Shown piece by piece: positions 41,327-50,400 of a stretch of DNA of 64,000 nt (positions within the stretch are counted from its first letter, which is position 1; every line of letters starts with the position of its first letter). Source of the DNA: an uncultured Acidobacteriota bacterium (GTDB lineage Bacteria > Actinomycetota > Acidimicrobiia > Spongiisociales > ZC4RG35); the NCBI GenBank assembly GCA_963828465.1, contig CAWHEU010000002.1:96001-160000 (forward strand), in the 5' to 3' direction. Under the pieces are notes generated by a model, which saw nothing but the letters and a program-made list of their open reading frames with translations, did no database searches and had not been told where the DNA came from. The position numbers and the translations under genes were made by a program.

Positions 41327-43066
41327 TCACTTGTCGTAGAAGGCGAACTTCACTCCGGGACGCGGCCACAGCGGGTTCATCACGAAGCCAGTCACATGGT
41401 CACGATGAGCGTTCAACGCCGTTTCATTCCCAGCGATGATCCACATCGGGTCGTCGTACAGCATCGGCGCCAGCTCCCCGTAGAGGCCCAGCCGCGCGTC
41501 GGTGTCGAGCTCGGTGGCGGCCTCGTCGATGAGCCCGGCGACTGCATCGGGGTCCTGATACATCTCCCTCATCCCGTGCACCGTCCCCCATTCCCCGTCA
41601 GGATGGATGTAGGCGTTCATCAAGGCAGCGGGGTCGGCGAACGGATCCGCGTTCTTGGCCCACAAGGCGTATGGGATCGGATCCGAGCCATGGGCCTCGT
41701 CGAACTGCGATTCGGCCTGGGCCAAAACCCGGATCTCGAAGGCGGGGTTCAGCGCCGCCATCGAGTCCTGAAGGACGAGCGACGCCACCTCGAACAGGTT
41801 CCCTTCTTCGGCGATAACCGACACCGTGAAGCCCTCGTCCCACACACCGGCCTCCTCGAACAATGCCTGGGCTTCCTCCAGGTTCTGCTCGTACACCGGG
41901 TAGTCCTCGCTGTACCCCAGCATCCCCTGCGGGAAGTAATGAGGCACCCCTCCGCCCAACCCGCCCAGGGCGCCGTCGATGAAGCCCTGGTAGTCGAAGG
42001 TGAGGTTGAACGCCCGCCGGATCCGCGGGTCCTGGAAAAACTCGGGCGTGATCGTGTCTTCTGGGGGCAGCGAGCCCTCCTCGAACCGGGTGTTGAATCC
42101 GATATGGATTGGCTCGAGCAGGAACCCGCCCTGGTAGATCTCGACTACTTCCGCCCCCTCGAGGTCGGGCACTAACGATGGGTCGATCTCCATCATGTCG
42201 TATTCCCCTGCCCGCAGCCCGAGGATCCGCGTGTCGGTGTCCGGAGCGATGTCGATGCGCACATCGATGTTGGCCGGGGTGCCCCAGTAGTCCTCGAACA
42301 CACCGAGCTGGAAGTTCTCGCCCCTGTTCCATGCATCCAATTGGTACGCACTGGAGCCCACGGGGTTGGCGGTCAGGAACTCGTTCACCTCGCCGGCGGC
42401 GACGCCTCCATTGGCTTCAACCGCGTCCTGGCTAACGATCGAAGCCACCGAGGACGTGACCACCGCGTTGATGAAGGCGGCACTGGGTTGTTGCAGGGTC
42501 ACTTCGAACGTCAAGTCGTCGACAACAGTGGTCTCGGCCACGATGTCAGAGAGGAGCCCTGCGTTCCCATCCGGGAGGTCCATGGTCATCGCCCGGTCCC
42601 AGGAATACTTCACATCCTCCGCCGTCAGCTCGGTGCCGTCGTGGAACACGACGCCTTCCCTGATCGGGAACGTGAAGGTGAGACCGTCCTCCGAGATCAA
42701 GCCGTTGTCGATCGTCGGCACCTCCGTGGCCAGGCCGGGGACCAGCTCCGGCCCATCGGGACCGACCTCGATCAGACGCTCGTAGACCTGGGTGATGATC
42801 GTCTCACCGCCCTCGCCGGGCTCCACCTGGGCGGGGTCCAACGTCGTCGCCTCGTCGTCGGCGGCATGGACGAACACGTCACCGCTGCCCTCGCTCTCAG
42901 CGCCACCGGTGGTGGCAGGGGCTTCACCCTCTTCTGTTGTCGTCGCCGGGGCTTCGCTCCCGTCGGTGGTGGAGTCCGTCGTCCCTCCCGTGGTGCAGGC
43001 GCCTGCGACCACAGCGAGGGCGAGTAGCACCGTCCACCATCGTGTCGATCTTCGGCTCGAGCTCAT
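41327..43066 (-). CDS. ABC substrate-binding lipoprotein, family 5 (DppA-like)
   Basis: RBS AGGAG, lipobox AGAC, TLDPA, FHDGTELTAEDVKYS.DR, DPRIRRAF. Confidence 0.92.
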   Translation of the reverse strand: MSSSRRSTRWWTVLLALAVVAGACTTGGTTDSTTDGSEAPATTTEEGEAPATTGGAESEGSGDVFVHAADDEATTLDPAQVEPGEGGETIITQVYERLIEVGPDGPELVPGLATEVPTIDNGLISEDGLTFTFPIREGVVFHDGTELTAEDVKYSWDRAMTMDLPDGNAGLLSDIVAETTVVDDLTFEVTLQQPSAAFINAVVTSSVASIVSQDAVEANGGVAAGEVNEFLTANPVGSSAYQLDAWNRGENFQLGVFEDYWGTPANIDVRIDIAPDTDTRILGLRAGEYDMMEIDPSLVPDLEGAEVVEIYQGGFLLEPIHIGFNTRFEEGSLPPEDTITPEFFQDPRIRRAFNLTFDYQGFIDGALGGLGGGVPHYFPQGMLGYSEDYPVYEQNLEEAQALFEEAGVWDEGFTVSVIAEEGNLFEVASLVLQDSMAALNPAFEIRVLAQAESQFDEAHGSDPIPYALWAKNADPFADPAALMNAYIHPDGEWGTVHGMREMYQDPDAVAGLIDEAATELDTDARLGLYGELAPMLYDDPMWIIAGNETALNAHRDHVTGFVMNPLWPRPGVKFAFYDK

Positions 43067-43118
43067 CGCTTCACTCCTCCTCAGTTCTCGCCGGCATCCC
43101 GCACCGCCGGCGGCTGGC

Positions 43119-43166
43119 ACAATCGTTTGCTGAATCGATCGTGCAATTTGTATGCCCAATCGATTG
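43119..43166. promoter_or_regulatory. Cluster of CAATCG-type palindromic operator candidates between dppA and LLM gene
   Basis: ACAATCGTTTGC (43119), AATCGAT (43133), CAATCGATTG (43157). Confidence 0.6.
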
Positions 43167-43226
43167 TGGCTGCGGACAGTAGCCAATACGATCGCCACCC
43201 GGCAACAGGTTCTCAGGAGGTCGACA

Positions 43227-44072
43227 TTGGGCCGTTACGCCATCAAGACACCGACTCATCACACCACATGGGACAAGATGCTCGAAGTGTGGACAGCAGC
43301 CGACGCCGCCGAGGTTTTCGAGTCGGCTTGGAACTTCGATCATTTCTACCCGATTCGGGGCGACACCAACGGCCCGTGTCTGGAGGCATGGGTGACCCTC
43401 TCCGCCCTTGCCCAGGCAACTCAACGAATCCGGCTGGGGACGATGGTGTGCGGGATGCATTTTCGGCACCCGGCAGTGACGGCCTCGATGGCCTCATCCC
43501 TCGACATCGTCTCCAAGGGACGTCTCGAGCTGGGCTTGGGGGCAGGCTGGTACCCACTCGAAGCCGATGCCTACGGGATGGACCTGGGGACGGTCGATGA
43601 GCGCATGACGCGGTTCGAAGAGGGCACCGAGGTCATCCACCTGCTCCTCACCGAGGAGACGACCGACTTCCAGGGCAGGTTCTACTCACTGAGCGAGGCT
43701 CGGAACGAGCCGAAGCCGGTGCAGAAGCCCAGACCGCCGATAGTGATCGGGGGCCGCGGCGAGAAGCGCACCCTCCGACTGGTGGCGCGTTTCGCCTCGA
43801 TGTGGGACGCGCAGTTCGTCGAGGAAGAGCAAGACGAGTGGCGCCGGCTCAGAGATGTTCTGTGGGGGCACTGCGCCGATGTGGGGCGCGACCCATCGGA
43901 GATCACCCTTTCCTCTCATCTGCAAGTCGACCCGGAGCCCGATCCCGCCGAGGTGGCCGGACGCGCCGACATGCTGTTCCAAGCCGGTCTCGACCTGGTG
44001 ATCGTCGGTATCACAGCCCAGCACGACGCCTCGACCGTAGAGAAGCTGGCGGCCGCCTTCGCCGCCCAGTAA
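43227..44072 (+). CDS. LLM-class (probably F420-dependent) oxidoreductase
   Basis: RBS AGGAGG, TTG start; WNFDHFYP, EAWVTL.ALA, GRLELGLGAGW, PKPVQKP.PPIVIGG.GEKRTL. Confidence 0.9.
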   Translation: MGRYAIKTPTHHTTWDKMLEVWTAADAAEVFESAWNFDHFYPIRGDTNGPCLEAWVTLSALAQATQRIRLGTMVCGMHFRHPAVTASMASSLDIVSKGRLELGLGAGWYPLEADAYGMDLGTVDERMTRFEEGTEVIHLLLTEETTDFQGRFYSLSEARNEPKPVQKPRPPIVIGGRGEKRTLRLVARFASMWDAQFVEEEQDEWRRLRDVLWGHCADVGRDPSEITLSSHLQVDPEPDPAEVAGRADMLFQAGLDLVIVGITAQHDASTVEKLAAAFAAQ

Positions 44073-44079
44073 CCGTGCG

Positions 44080-44731
44080 TTATCGGCCCATCGCCAGGGG
44101 TGAGCAGGCCCTTCTCGAAGGCGGCGCCCACCGCGGCGGCGCGGTCGTTGACGCCGAGCTTCGCGTAGATGTGGAGGAGGTGGGTCTTGACAGTTGCCTC
44201 GCTCACGAAGAGCCGCTCGGCAACCTCCCGGTTAGTCGCTCCCGCTGCGACGAGTTGAAGCACCTCGAGCTCGCGCTGGCTGACGGATTCCTTCACGGGC
44301 TGGCGGACCTGGTCGAGAAGGCGGGCGGCGACGCTGGGGGAGAGGACGGCTTCTCCGCCGGCGGCCGAATGCACCGCCCTCAGCAGCTCTGCTCGGGGCG
44401 CGTCCTTGAGGAGATATCCGGTCGCCCCGGCTTCGATCGCGGGCAGCACGTCGCTGTCGGTGTCGAACGTGGTCAGCACGAGGACCCGAGCACGGATCCC
44501 GAGATCGGTCATCTGCCTGATCGCGGAGACACCGTCCATCTCGGGCATGCGGAGATCCATGAGCACGACATCCGGGTCGTGAGCACGGGCCTTGGAGATT
44601 GCGTCCGCCCCGTTGGATGCCTCGGCTATTACCTCGAAGCCTTCCTCGCCTTCGAACATGCCACGCAGACCGTCCCGAACCACCGGGTGGTCGTCGACGA
44701 TGAGAAGCCGGACCGGTCGGTCGTCACTCAT
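44080..44731 (-). CDS. NarL/LuxR family response regulator (3' end uncertain; ORF as read runs to 43916)
   Basis: LIVDDHPVVRDG, LMDLRMP, GYLLKD, RELEVL..VA.G.TN, TVKTHL..IYAKL. Confidence 0.92.
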
Positions 44732-45983
44732 TGGATGGGTCGATCGGGATGGCGGGGAGGGTGGCACAGACCGCGGTCCCAGCCCCGGGCTCGGACTCGA
44801 TCTCCAGGGTGCCGGCCAGGCGCTCGACCCGCTGACGCATGGCCGTGAGCCCGAACCCGGGGTCGGGCCTGCCGCCGTTTGGCCCATTCACGGCTGCGAA
44901 GCCGGTTCCGTTGTCCTTGACATCGATGGTGACGATGTCGCCCATGTATGAAAGCGTCACACCGACCCGTGAGGCATTGGCGTGTTTGGCGACGTTGGCC
45001 AGCGCCTCCTGGGCGACCCGCAGCATGGTTACCTCCACCTCAGGGTGGAGACCCTGTGTCTCGCCGGTCGTGGTCACCTCGGTGGGAACCCGGTTGAGAG
45101 ACGACCAGCGTGCCGCCTCGTCCGCCACGGCGTCCGCGAGCTGCCTTCCTTCGAGGGGAGCAGGGAGGATGGCCCGCATCGAGCGGCGGGCCTCGGCCAA
45201 GCTCTCCCGGGCGAGGTTGGTGGCGTTGTCCAACCGTCGCTGAAGTTCCGCCGGGTCGCTCTTCACCTGATTCGCCGCCTCCAGCTGGGTGATGACACCG
45301 GTCAGACCCTGGGCGATCGTGTCGTGGATCTCGCCGGCGATCCGCTGTCTCTCGTCGGTGATGCCCGCTTCCCTGGCCTGGGCCACCAACTGTGCGTGGA
45401 GACCGGCGTTCTCGTCCAGGGCCGCTTCGAGCTCGATGAGCGACTGACGCCGTTGCTCACTGAGCTCGGCGATCTTCTCGCCCCCGACTCCCCCGAACCC
45501 GATGGCGATGGTCTGGATCACGAAGATGATCCCGTAGGTCCACCACCCTTCTGCGCTCGGGTCGGGATAGATGATCCGGGAGTTGATGATTAGGGAGGTC
45601 AGCCCGATCCCGACGAACGCGATCGGCGCCGGCTTGAGGAGGTAGCCGTGGATGAAGCCGGTGATGACGAACACGAAATAGACCGGCAGCAGGTACATGA
45701 ACACGGCGGAGAACACCATCAGCCCGCCGAAGTAGAGCCGCATCCACCTCTGGTCCTTTCGGCGATCCCTCTGCAGGGTGAACATGAAGAGCACCCACGC
45801 GGCGGCTCCGGTGGCCAGACCTATCGAGACCAGACGGTCGGTCCAGGAAGCTGCCGCGAACAAGCTGAGGATGAGCCCGATGGCGAGGGTGACGTACGGC
45901 ACCCATTCCACGACCTTTTCGAAGCCCCGTTCCCATCCGGTCAGCGATGTTTCGGGGGCGACGACGGCGGATTCGGTGCTCAT
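44724..45983 (-). CDS. HisKA_3 membrane sensor histidine kinase
   Basis: Multiple TM segments; ERQRIAGEIHDTIAQG, QEALANVAKHA, DNGTGF, GFGL..MRQR. Confidence 0.93.
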   Translation of the reverse strand: MSTESAVVAPETSLTGWERGFEKVVEWVPYVTLAIGLILSLFAAASWTDRLVSIGLATGAAAWVLFMFTLQRDRRKDQRWMRLYFGGLMVFSAVFMYLLPVYFVFVITGFIHGYLLKPAPIAFVGIGLTSLIINSRIIYPDPSAEGWWTYGIIFVIQTIAIGFGGVGGEKIAELSEQRRQSLIELEAALDENAGLHAQLVAQAREAGITDERQRIAGEIHDTIAQGLTGVITQLEAANQVKSDPAELQRRLDNATNLARESLAEARRSMRAILPAPLEGRQLADAVADEAARWSSLNRVPTEVTTTGETQGLHPEVEVTMLRVAQEALANVAKHANASRVGVTLSYMGDIVTIDVKDNGTGFAAVNGPNGGRPDPGFGLTAMRQRVERLAGTLEIESEPGAGTAVCATLPAIPIDPSNE

Positions 45984-46723
45984 TCCCAGCGGAAGGTCAA
46001 GGCCGCCAGCACGCCGGCCCCTATCGCGAACGCTGCCATGACCAGGAGACTAGAAGTCGAGGGGGCCAGACCGGACCAGGTGTCCTGCAGCGCCTGGACG
46101 CCGGCTCCGGTCGGCGTCATGTCACTTATGGCGAGCAGCCCGTCCGACATCGCCTCCCGTGGGAAATAGACCCCAGCGAAGAACAGCATCGGGAAGTAGA
46201 CGGCCATGCCGATGCCTTGACCCGAGGAAACGGTTGGAGCGACCGCCCCGATGAGCAGGCCGATGGCCAGCATCGAGACTGCGGCGAGTACGTAGACAAG
46301 GATGAATCCCGCCAGATTCTCCGGGACCGGGATGTCGAACACCACCACGCCGACCGCGATCGCGAGTGCAGCGGACAGTCCCGCCAGCACCATCTGGATG
46401 ATGAGTTGTGCCGCCACCAGACGCCAGGGGCTCACCGGCGTGGTTTGGAGGCGGCGCAGGACGCCGCGCTCCCGATACGTGGCGAGAATCGCTGGCAGCG
46501 TGGCGAAGGCCAGGGTGGCCAGAGCCAGACCGAGGATGATGGGGGCATAAAGATCGATCAGTCGGGACCCGCCCAGGTCCGGGCTCGGGGTATCGAAGCC
46601 AGGGAAGAACAGGCCCAGCGCGATCAAGAGGACCGCCGGGAAAATCAGTCCCCAGAACATGGCGAGTGGCTCTCGGGCGAAGAGCTTTCCTTCGACAATG
46701 GTCAGTTTGCTGAGAGCGGACAT
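45980..46723 (-). CDS. ABC-2 exporter permease
   Basis: KLFAREP, YRERGVLRRL.TTP, FPMLFFAG. Confidence 0.9.
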   Translation of the reverse strand: MSALSKLTIVEGKLFAREPLAMFWGLIFPAVLLIALGLFFPGFDTPSPDLGGSRLIDLYAPIILGLALATLAFATLPAILATYRERGVLRRLQTTPVSPWRLVAAQLIIQMVLAGLSAALAIAVGVVVFDIPVPENLAGFILVYVLAAVSMLAIGLLIGAVAPTVSSGQGIGMAVYFPMLFFAGVYFPREAMSDGLLAISDMTPTGAGVQALQDTWSGLAPSTSSLLVMAAFAIGAGVLAALTFRWE

Positions 46724-46733
46724 GGTTCTCTCC

Positions 46734-47660
46734 TCAGATCTCAGAGTTTTCGGTGTTCTGCAACGACTTGCCGGTGAGAGCGACGAATGCGTCGTCGAGC
46801 GTCACCTGCTCGACCCGAAGCTCGTAAGCGATGATCTGCTTGCGAGCCAGATAGGAGGTCACCGAGTGCAGCACATTGCCGACGCCGGTCACCACCACGT
46901 GGTCACCGACTCGGTCGACGCCGGTCACGTCTGGCAAGGAGGTGAGCTCCGACTCGTCGACCGGTGGCGAAGGACGGAAGCGGATCCGCTGTTCGTCGTC
47001 AGCCCTGGACACCAGACCGGCCGGCGTGTCGAGCGCGATCAGCTTTCCCGAGTCGATCAGGGCGACCCGATCTGCCAGCCGCTCGGCCTCCTCCATGAAG
47101 TGGGTGACGAGGACGATGGTGACGCCGCGGTCACGCAGCTGCTCCACGAGGGCCCAGGTGTCACGTCGAGCCTGAGGGTCGAGGCCGGTCGTCAGCTCGT
47201 CGAGGATGGCGATCTCGGGGTTTCCGACCAGAGCCAGGGCGACGGAGAGCCGCTGCTTCTGCCCTCCGGACAGCTTGGCGAACCTCGTGTCTCGCTTCTC
47301 GGTGAGACCGAGTTGGTCGATGAGATCGGGCCAGTGGGCGGGGCTCCGATAGAAGCTGCTGTAGAGGTCGAGCGCCTCCCATACCTTGATGCGGTCGGGG
47401 AGACTGCTCTCCTGGAGCTGCACCCCGAGACGCTCTCGCATCTCGGTGGCGTCGTGCTGAGGGTCCAGGCCGAGGACGCTGATCCGACCCTCATCGGGTT
47501 GGCGGAGGCCGGCGATCGACTCCACAGTTGTCGTCTTCCCGGCTCCGTTGGGGCCGAGGATGGCGAAGATCTCGCCCTTCTCGACGGTGAAGCTGACACC
47601 GTCGACCACGGGGACGTCGTCGTACCGCTTGACCAGATTGTCGACTTCGATGACGGGCAT
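46734..47660 (-). CDS. ABC exporter ATP-binding protein
   Basis: GPNGAGKTT, LSGGQKQR, LDELTTGLDP, THFMEEA. Confidence 0.93.
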   Translation of the reverse strand: MPVIEVDNLVKRYDDVPVVDGVSFTVEKGEIFAILGPNGAGKTTTVESIAGLRQPDEGRISVLGLDPQHDATEMRERLGVQLQESSLPDRIKVWEALDLYSSFYRSPAHWPDLIDQLGLTEKRDTRFAKLSGGQKQRLSVALALVGNPEIAILDELTTGLDPQARRDTWALVEQLRDRGVTIVLVTHFMEEAERLADRVALIDSGKLIALDTPAGLVSRADDEQRIRFRPSPPVDESELTSLPDVTGVDRVGDHVVVTGVGNVLHSVTSYLARKQIIAYELRVEQVTLDDAFVALTGKSLQNTENSEI

Positions 47661-47768
47661 GTGGATTCCTTCGTTGTGGGAGCTGACATTCGCCAGCGTG
47701 CCGGATGTCGCTGTCTCTCGCATCGCCCGACTGGCCAGCGTCCGCTCCGGTCCCGGCTGACGCGTGTA

Positions 47769-47784
47769 TCAGCCGATCGGTTGA
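47769..47784. promoter_or_regulatory. Candidate NarL-type regulator binding palindrome
   Basis: TCAGCCGATCGGTTGA near-perfect 16-bp palindrome upstream of the ABC + two-component operon. Confidence 0.55.
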
Positions 47785-47867
47785 CCCGTCTCCACCCTGA
47801 GGTCATCGGGGGATCGCGAGGGGACTCCCCGATAGTGGGAGTGGCCGGCTCGCGTCATGCTCGGGGG

Positions 47868-48731
47868 GTGGATTTGGTCGACCCCACCCTCATCGAAGTC
47901 GCCCCCGAACGCCCCAGCCGGCGTCGCCGTCGTCGGCTTGTTCTCGGGTTGGCGGTGGGCATTGTCGCGGTTGGGGCGATGCTGCTCGTCGGCGACGACA
48001 TCGGTGGTTGGTGGGCCGGGCTCTCCGAGACCCTGGCCAACCCCGAAGCATTCAGGGCGTGGGTCGAAGACCTCGGTGCCTGGGGCCCGATCGGGTATCT
48101 CCTCGCCCAGGCGGCGCAGGTGGTGGTCGTCCCGATACCGGGGACGCTATTCCCGCCGGTCGGCGCACTCGCCTTCGGTCCGTGGCCCGCCCTCGCCCTG
48201 AGCCTGGCCGGGATGGCGCTGGGATCGGCGGTGGTGTTCCTGGTGGCGCGCAGATGGGGGAGGCCGCTTGCGATCAGACTGGCCGGTGCGGAGCGAGTCC
48301 AGCGATATCAGAGCCTGATGACAGCCAGGGGTGGTCTGCTCATCTGGCTCGTCTTCCTCCTCCCTTTCCTTCCCGACGACGCGGTGTGCGCCCTCGCCGG
48401 GCTGTCCGGTATCGGGTTCGGTCGCTTCATGCTGATTGCGACGGTGGGGCGGGTTCCCGCCGTGGCTGCCGGCGTGTTCACCATGGCCGGGTTGGAAGGT
48501 GCCCCGGCCTGGGTGTGGGGGATGGCAGTAGCTGGTTTTGTCATCATCCTTTGGGCGGGGGCGCGGTTCGGCCCCGCCATCGAGCGGCGCCTCGTCGGCC
48601 TCAGCCGGGCTCCGCGACGGGACCCGGATGAGACGGGGCGTGTGTCAAGACCATCGAGTGTGCTTCCCGAGACAGGGTCACTACATCGCCCTTCAGAGCG
48701 ATCTCGTGCTCCCCATCCAGATGTGAGTTGA
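47868..48731 (+). CDS. TVP38/TMEM64 (VTT/DedA-like) membrane protein
   Basis: QVVVVPIPG, GALAFG, ARRWGR, LLPFLPDDAVCALAGLS, GRVP; real gene is the 3' part of ORF 46659..48731. Confidence 0.85.
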   Translation: MDLVDPTLIEVAPERPSRRRRRRLVLGLAVGIVAVGAMLLVGDDIGGWWAGLSETLANPEAFRAWVEDLGAWGPIGYLLAQAAQVVVVPIPGTLFPPVGALAFGPWPALALSLAGMALGSAVVFLVARRWGRPLAIRLAGAERVQRYQSLMTARGGLLIWLVFLLPFLPDDAVCALAGLSGIGFGRFMLIATVGRVPAVAAGVFTMAGLEGAPAWVWGMAVAGFVIILWAGARFGPAIERRLVGLSRAPRRDPDETGRVSRPSSVLPETGSLHRPSERSRAPHPDVS

Positions 48732-48963
48732 ATCGGTCCTCGAGTGCCATCAGCTCGGGCGGCCCCGCCATGCGTGTCGAGGCGACGGGTCCCACCTGGA
48801 GCGTGTCGCCGTCCAAGGTGAACGAGCCGGTGAACCGGTTGACGCCGACCCGTCCGGCCACCCTGTCCCCTTCGAATCGGACCTCCCGTGGGGCTTCGGT
48901 GTCGATCGGCTCGCCATCGATCTCGATCACGAGCCAATCGCCTTCGAGAGGGTGCTCGATCAT
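48601..48963 (-). CDS. META (HslJ-like) domain protein
   Basis: LEGDW.V..I.G, G..GVNRFTGSF, GPVASTRMAGP..LM..E. Confidence 0.8.
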   Translation of the reverse strand: MIEHPLEGDWLVIEIDGEPIDTEAPREVRFEGDRVAGRVGVNRFTGSFTLDGDTLQVGPVASTRMAGPPELMALEDRFNSHLDGEHEIALKGDVVTLSREAHSMVLTHAPSHPGPVAEPG

Positions 48964-49009
48964 CGATGTCAAGCCTACGGAAGAGTTGTCTCGATAGTCT
49001 CGGCTCTCG

Positions 49010-49612
49010 ATGGCCATCATCTCACGTGGGTTCATAGGACGGCGACCTGAGGTCGACCCGAGCCGCCTTCCCCCGGGCCAATACGTTGCCCACGACTTCC
49101 CGGTGCTGTCCGCCGGCCCAACACCCCGGATCTCGCTGGACAAATGGAGGTTCGAGATCACCGGGCTGATCGATGAGCCGAGATCCTGGAGCTGGGACGA
49201 GTTCAACGCTCTGCCCTCGGAGACGGTGACTCTCGACATCCACTGCGTGACGAAGTGGTCGAAGCTGGACACGACCTGGACCGGTGTGTCGGTCGACACG
49301 CTGCTCGACGGTGTGGAGACGGAAGCGACCCACATCATGGCCTCCAGCTACGGCGGCTACACGACCAACCTCCCATTTGCCGACGTGATGGAGGGCCGGG
49401 CCTGGGTCGCGACCGGTTACGACAAGCAACCGCTCCACCCTGAGCACGGAGGGCCGGCGCGTCTCCTGGTTCCGCATCTCTATTTCTGGAAGAGCGCCAA
49501 ATGGGTGCGTGGGATCGAATTGCTGGCGCAGGACCAGCGTGGGTTCTGGGAGAGAAACGGATACCACGACTACGGGGATCCGTGGCGGGAGCAGCGGTAC
49601 TGGGGCGATTGA
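49010..49612 (+). CDS. Sulfite oxidase-like molybdopterin oxidoreductase
   Basis: LPPGQY, DIHCVTKWSK, EHGGPARLLVPHLYFWKSAKW, GFWE.NGYH. Confidence 0.92.
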   Translation: MAIISRGFIGRRPEVDPSRLPPGQYVAHDFPVLSAGPTPRISLDKWRFEITGLIDEPRSWSWDEFNALPSETVTLDIHCVTKWSKLDTTWTGVSVDTLLDGVETEATHIMASSYGGYTTNLPFADVMEGRAWVATGYDKQPLHPEHGGPARLLVPHLYFWKSAKWVRGIELLAQDQRGFWERNGYHDYGDPWREQRYWGD

Positions 49613-50358
49613 GCCAGGCTCCCACGGCTCCGGTGCGGATGGACTGGCTGGCGGCCAGGGTCATCTCGAAGCACGACGAGACCCCACGGGTGCGAAGCAT
49701 CGTCTTCGAATGCCCGATGTGGGCAGGCCACATGGCCGGCCAGCACGTCGACATCAGGCTCACCGCCGAAGACGGGTATCAAGCCCAGCGGAGCTACTCG
49801 ATCGCCTCGGCGCCCGAGGACGACCACCTGATTCTGACCATCGAGCGGCTTCAAGACGGAGAGGTTTCGCCGTATCTGTTCGACGAGCTAGCGCCGGGCG
49901 ACGAGCTCGAGATGAGGGGCCCGATTGGGCGACATTTCGCCTGGACACCCGAGACTGGGGGCCCATTGTTGATGATCGCGGGCGGGTCAGGGGTCGTCCC
50001 TTTCCGCGCCATGCTCCGCCATCGGCGGGCGCATGACGTGGTGACGCCGGCCAAATTGGTCTACTCGGCCCGGACGATCGGGGATGTGATCTACCGCGAG
50101 GAGCTGGACGAGATCGAGACCGCCGAAGGTGCAGAGGTCGTTTTGGTCCTGACGCGTGCCCAGCCCGAGGGTTGGACAGGTTTTGACCACCGCATCGACG
50201 CGGAGATCCTCTCCGAGGTGACGTGGTCACCGGCGGACAATCCGAAGACCTATGTCTGCGGGCCAACCGGCTTCGTCGAGACGGTCGCCAACTGCCTCGT
50301 CGACCTCGGTCACGAACCGGAGTCGATCCGGACCGAGCGGTTCGGCCCGACCGGCTGA
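49609..50358 (+). CDS. Ferredoxin-NADP reductase-like FAD oxidoreductase
   Basis: AGQHVDIRL, RSYSIAS, GEVSPYL, AGGSGVVP, YVCGP, RTERFG. Confidence 0.9.
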   Translation: MSQAPTAPVRMDWLAARVISKHDETPRVRSIVFECPMWAGHMAGQHVDIRLTAEDGYQAQRSYSIASAPEDDHLILTIERLQDGEVSPYLFDELAPGDELEMRGPIGRHFAWTPETGGPLLMIAGGSGVVPFRAMLRHRRAHDVVTPAKLVYSARTIGDVIYREELDEIETAEGAEVVLVLTRAQPEGWTGFDHRIDAEILSEVTWSPADNPKTYVCGPTGFVETVANCLVDLGHEPESIRTERFGPTG

Positions 50359-50400
50359 TGCGCATCCATCGACACGGGAATTAGGCGGCGGCCTGGGGCC

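Noticed and set aside
43916-44080. 157-nt antisense overlap of the response regulator with the LLM gene
   Set aside because: The extension follows the complete HTH domain and an out-of-frame TAA lies at 44080-44082, so an indel error is likely.
46659-48731. 690-aa ORF on the plus strand
   Set aside because: The first ~400 codons are the antisense shadow of the ABC ATPase. Only the TVP38-like 3' part looks like a real protein.
48601-48731. Convergent overlap between TVP38 and META genes
   Set aside because: The overlapping TVP38 tail is low-information sequence. Read-through in GC-rich DNA or an indel explains it, with no evidence of function.
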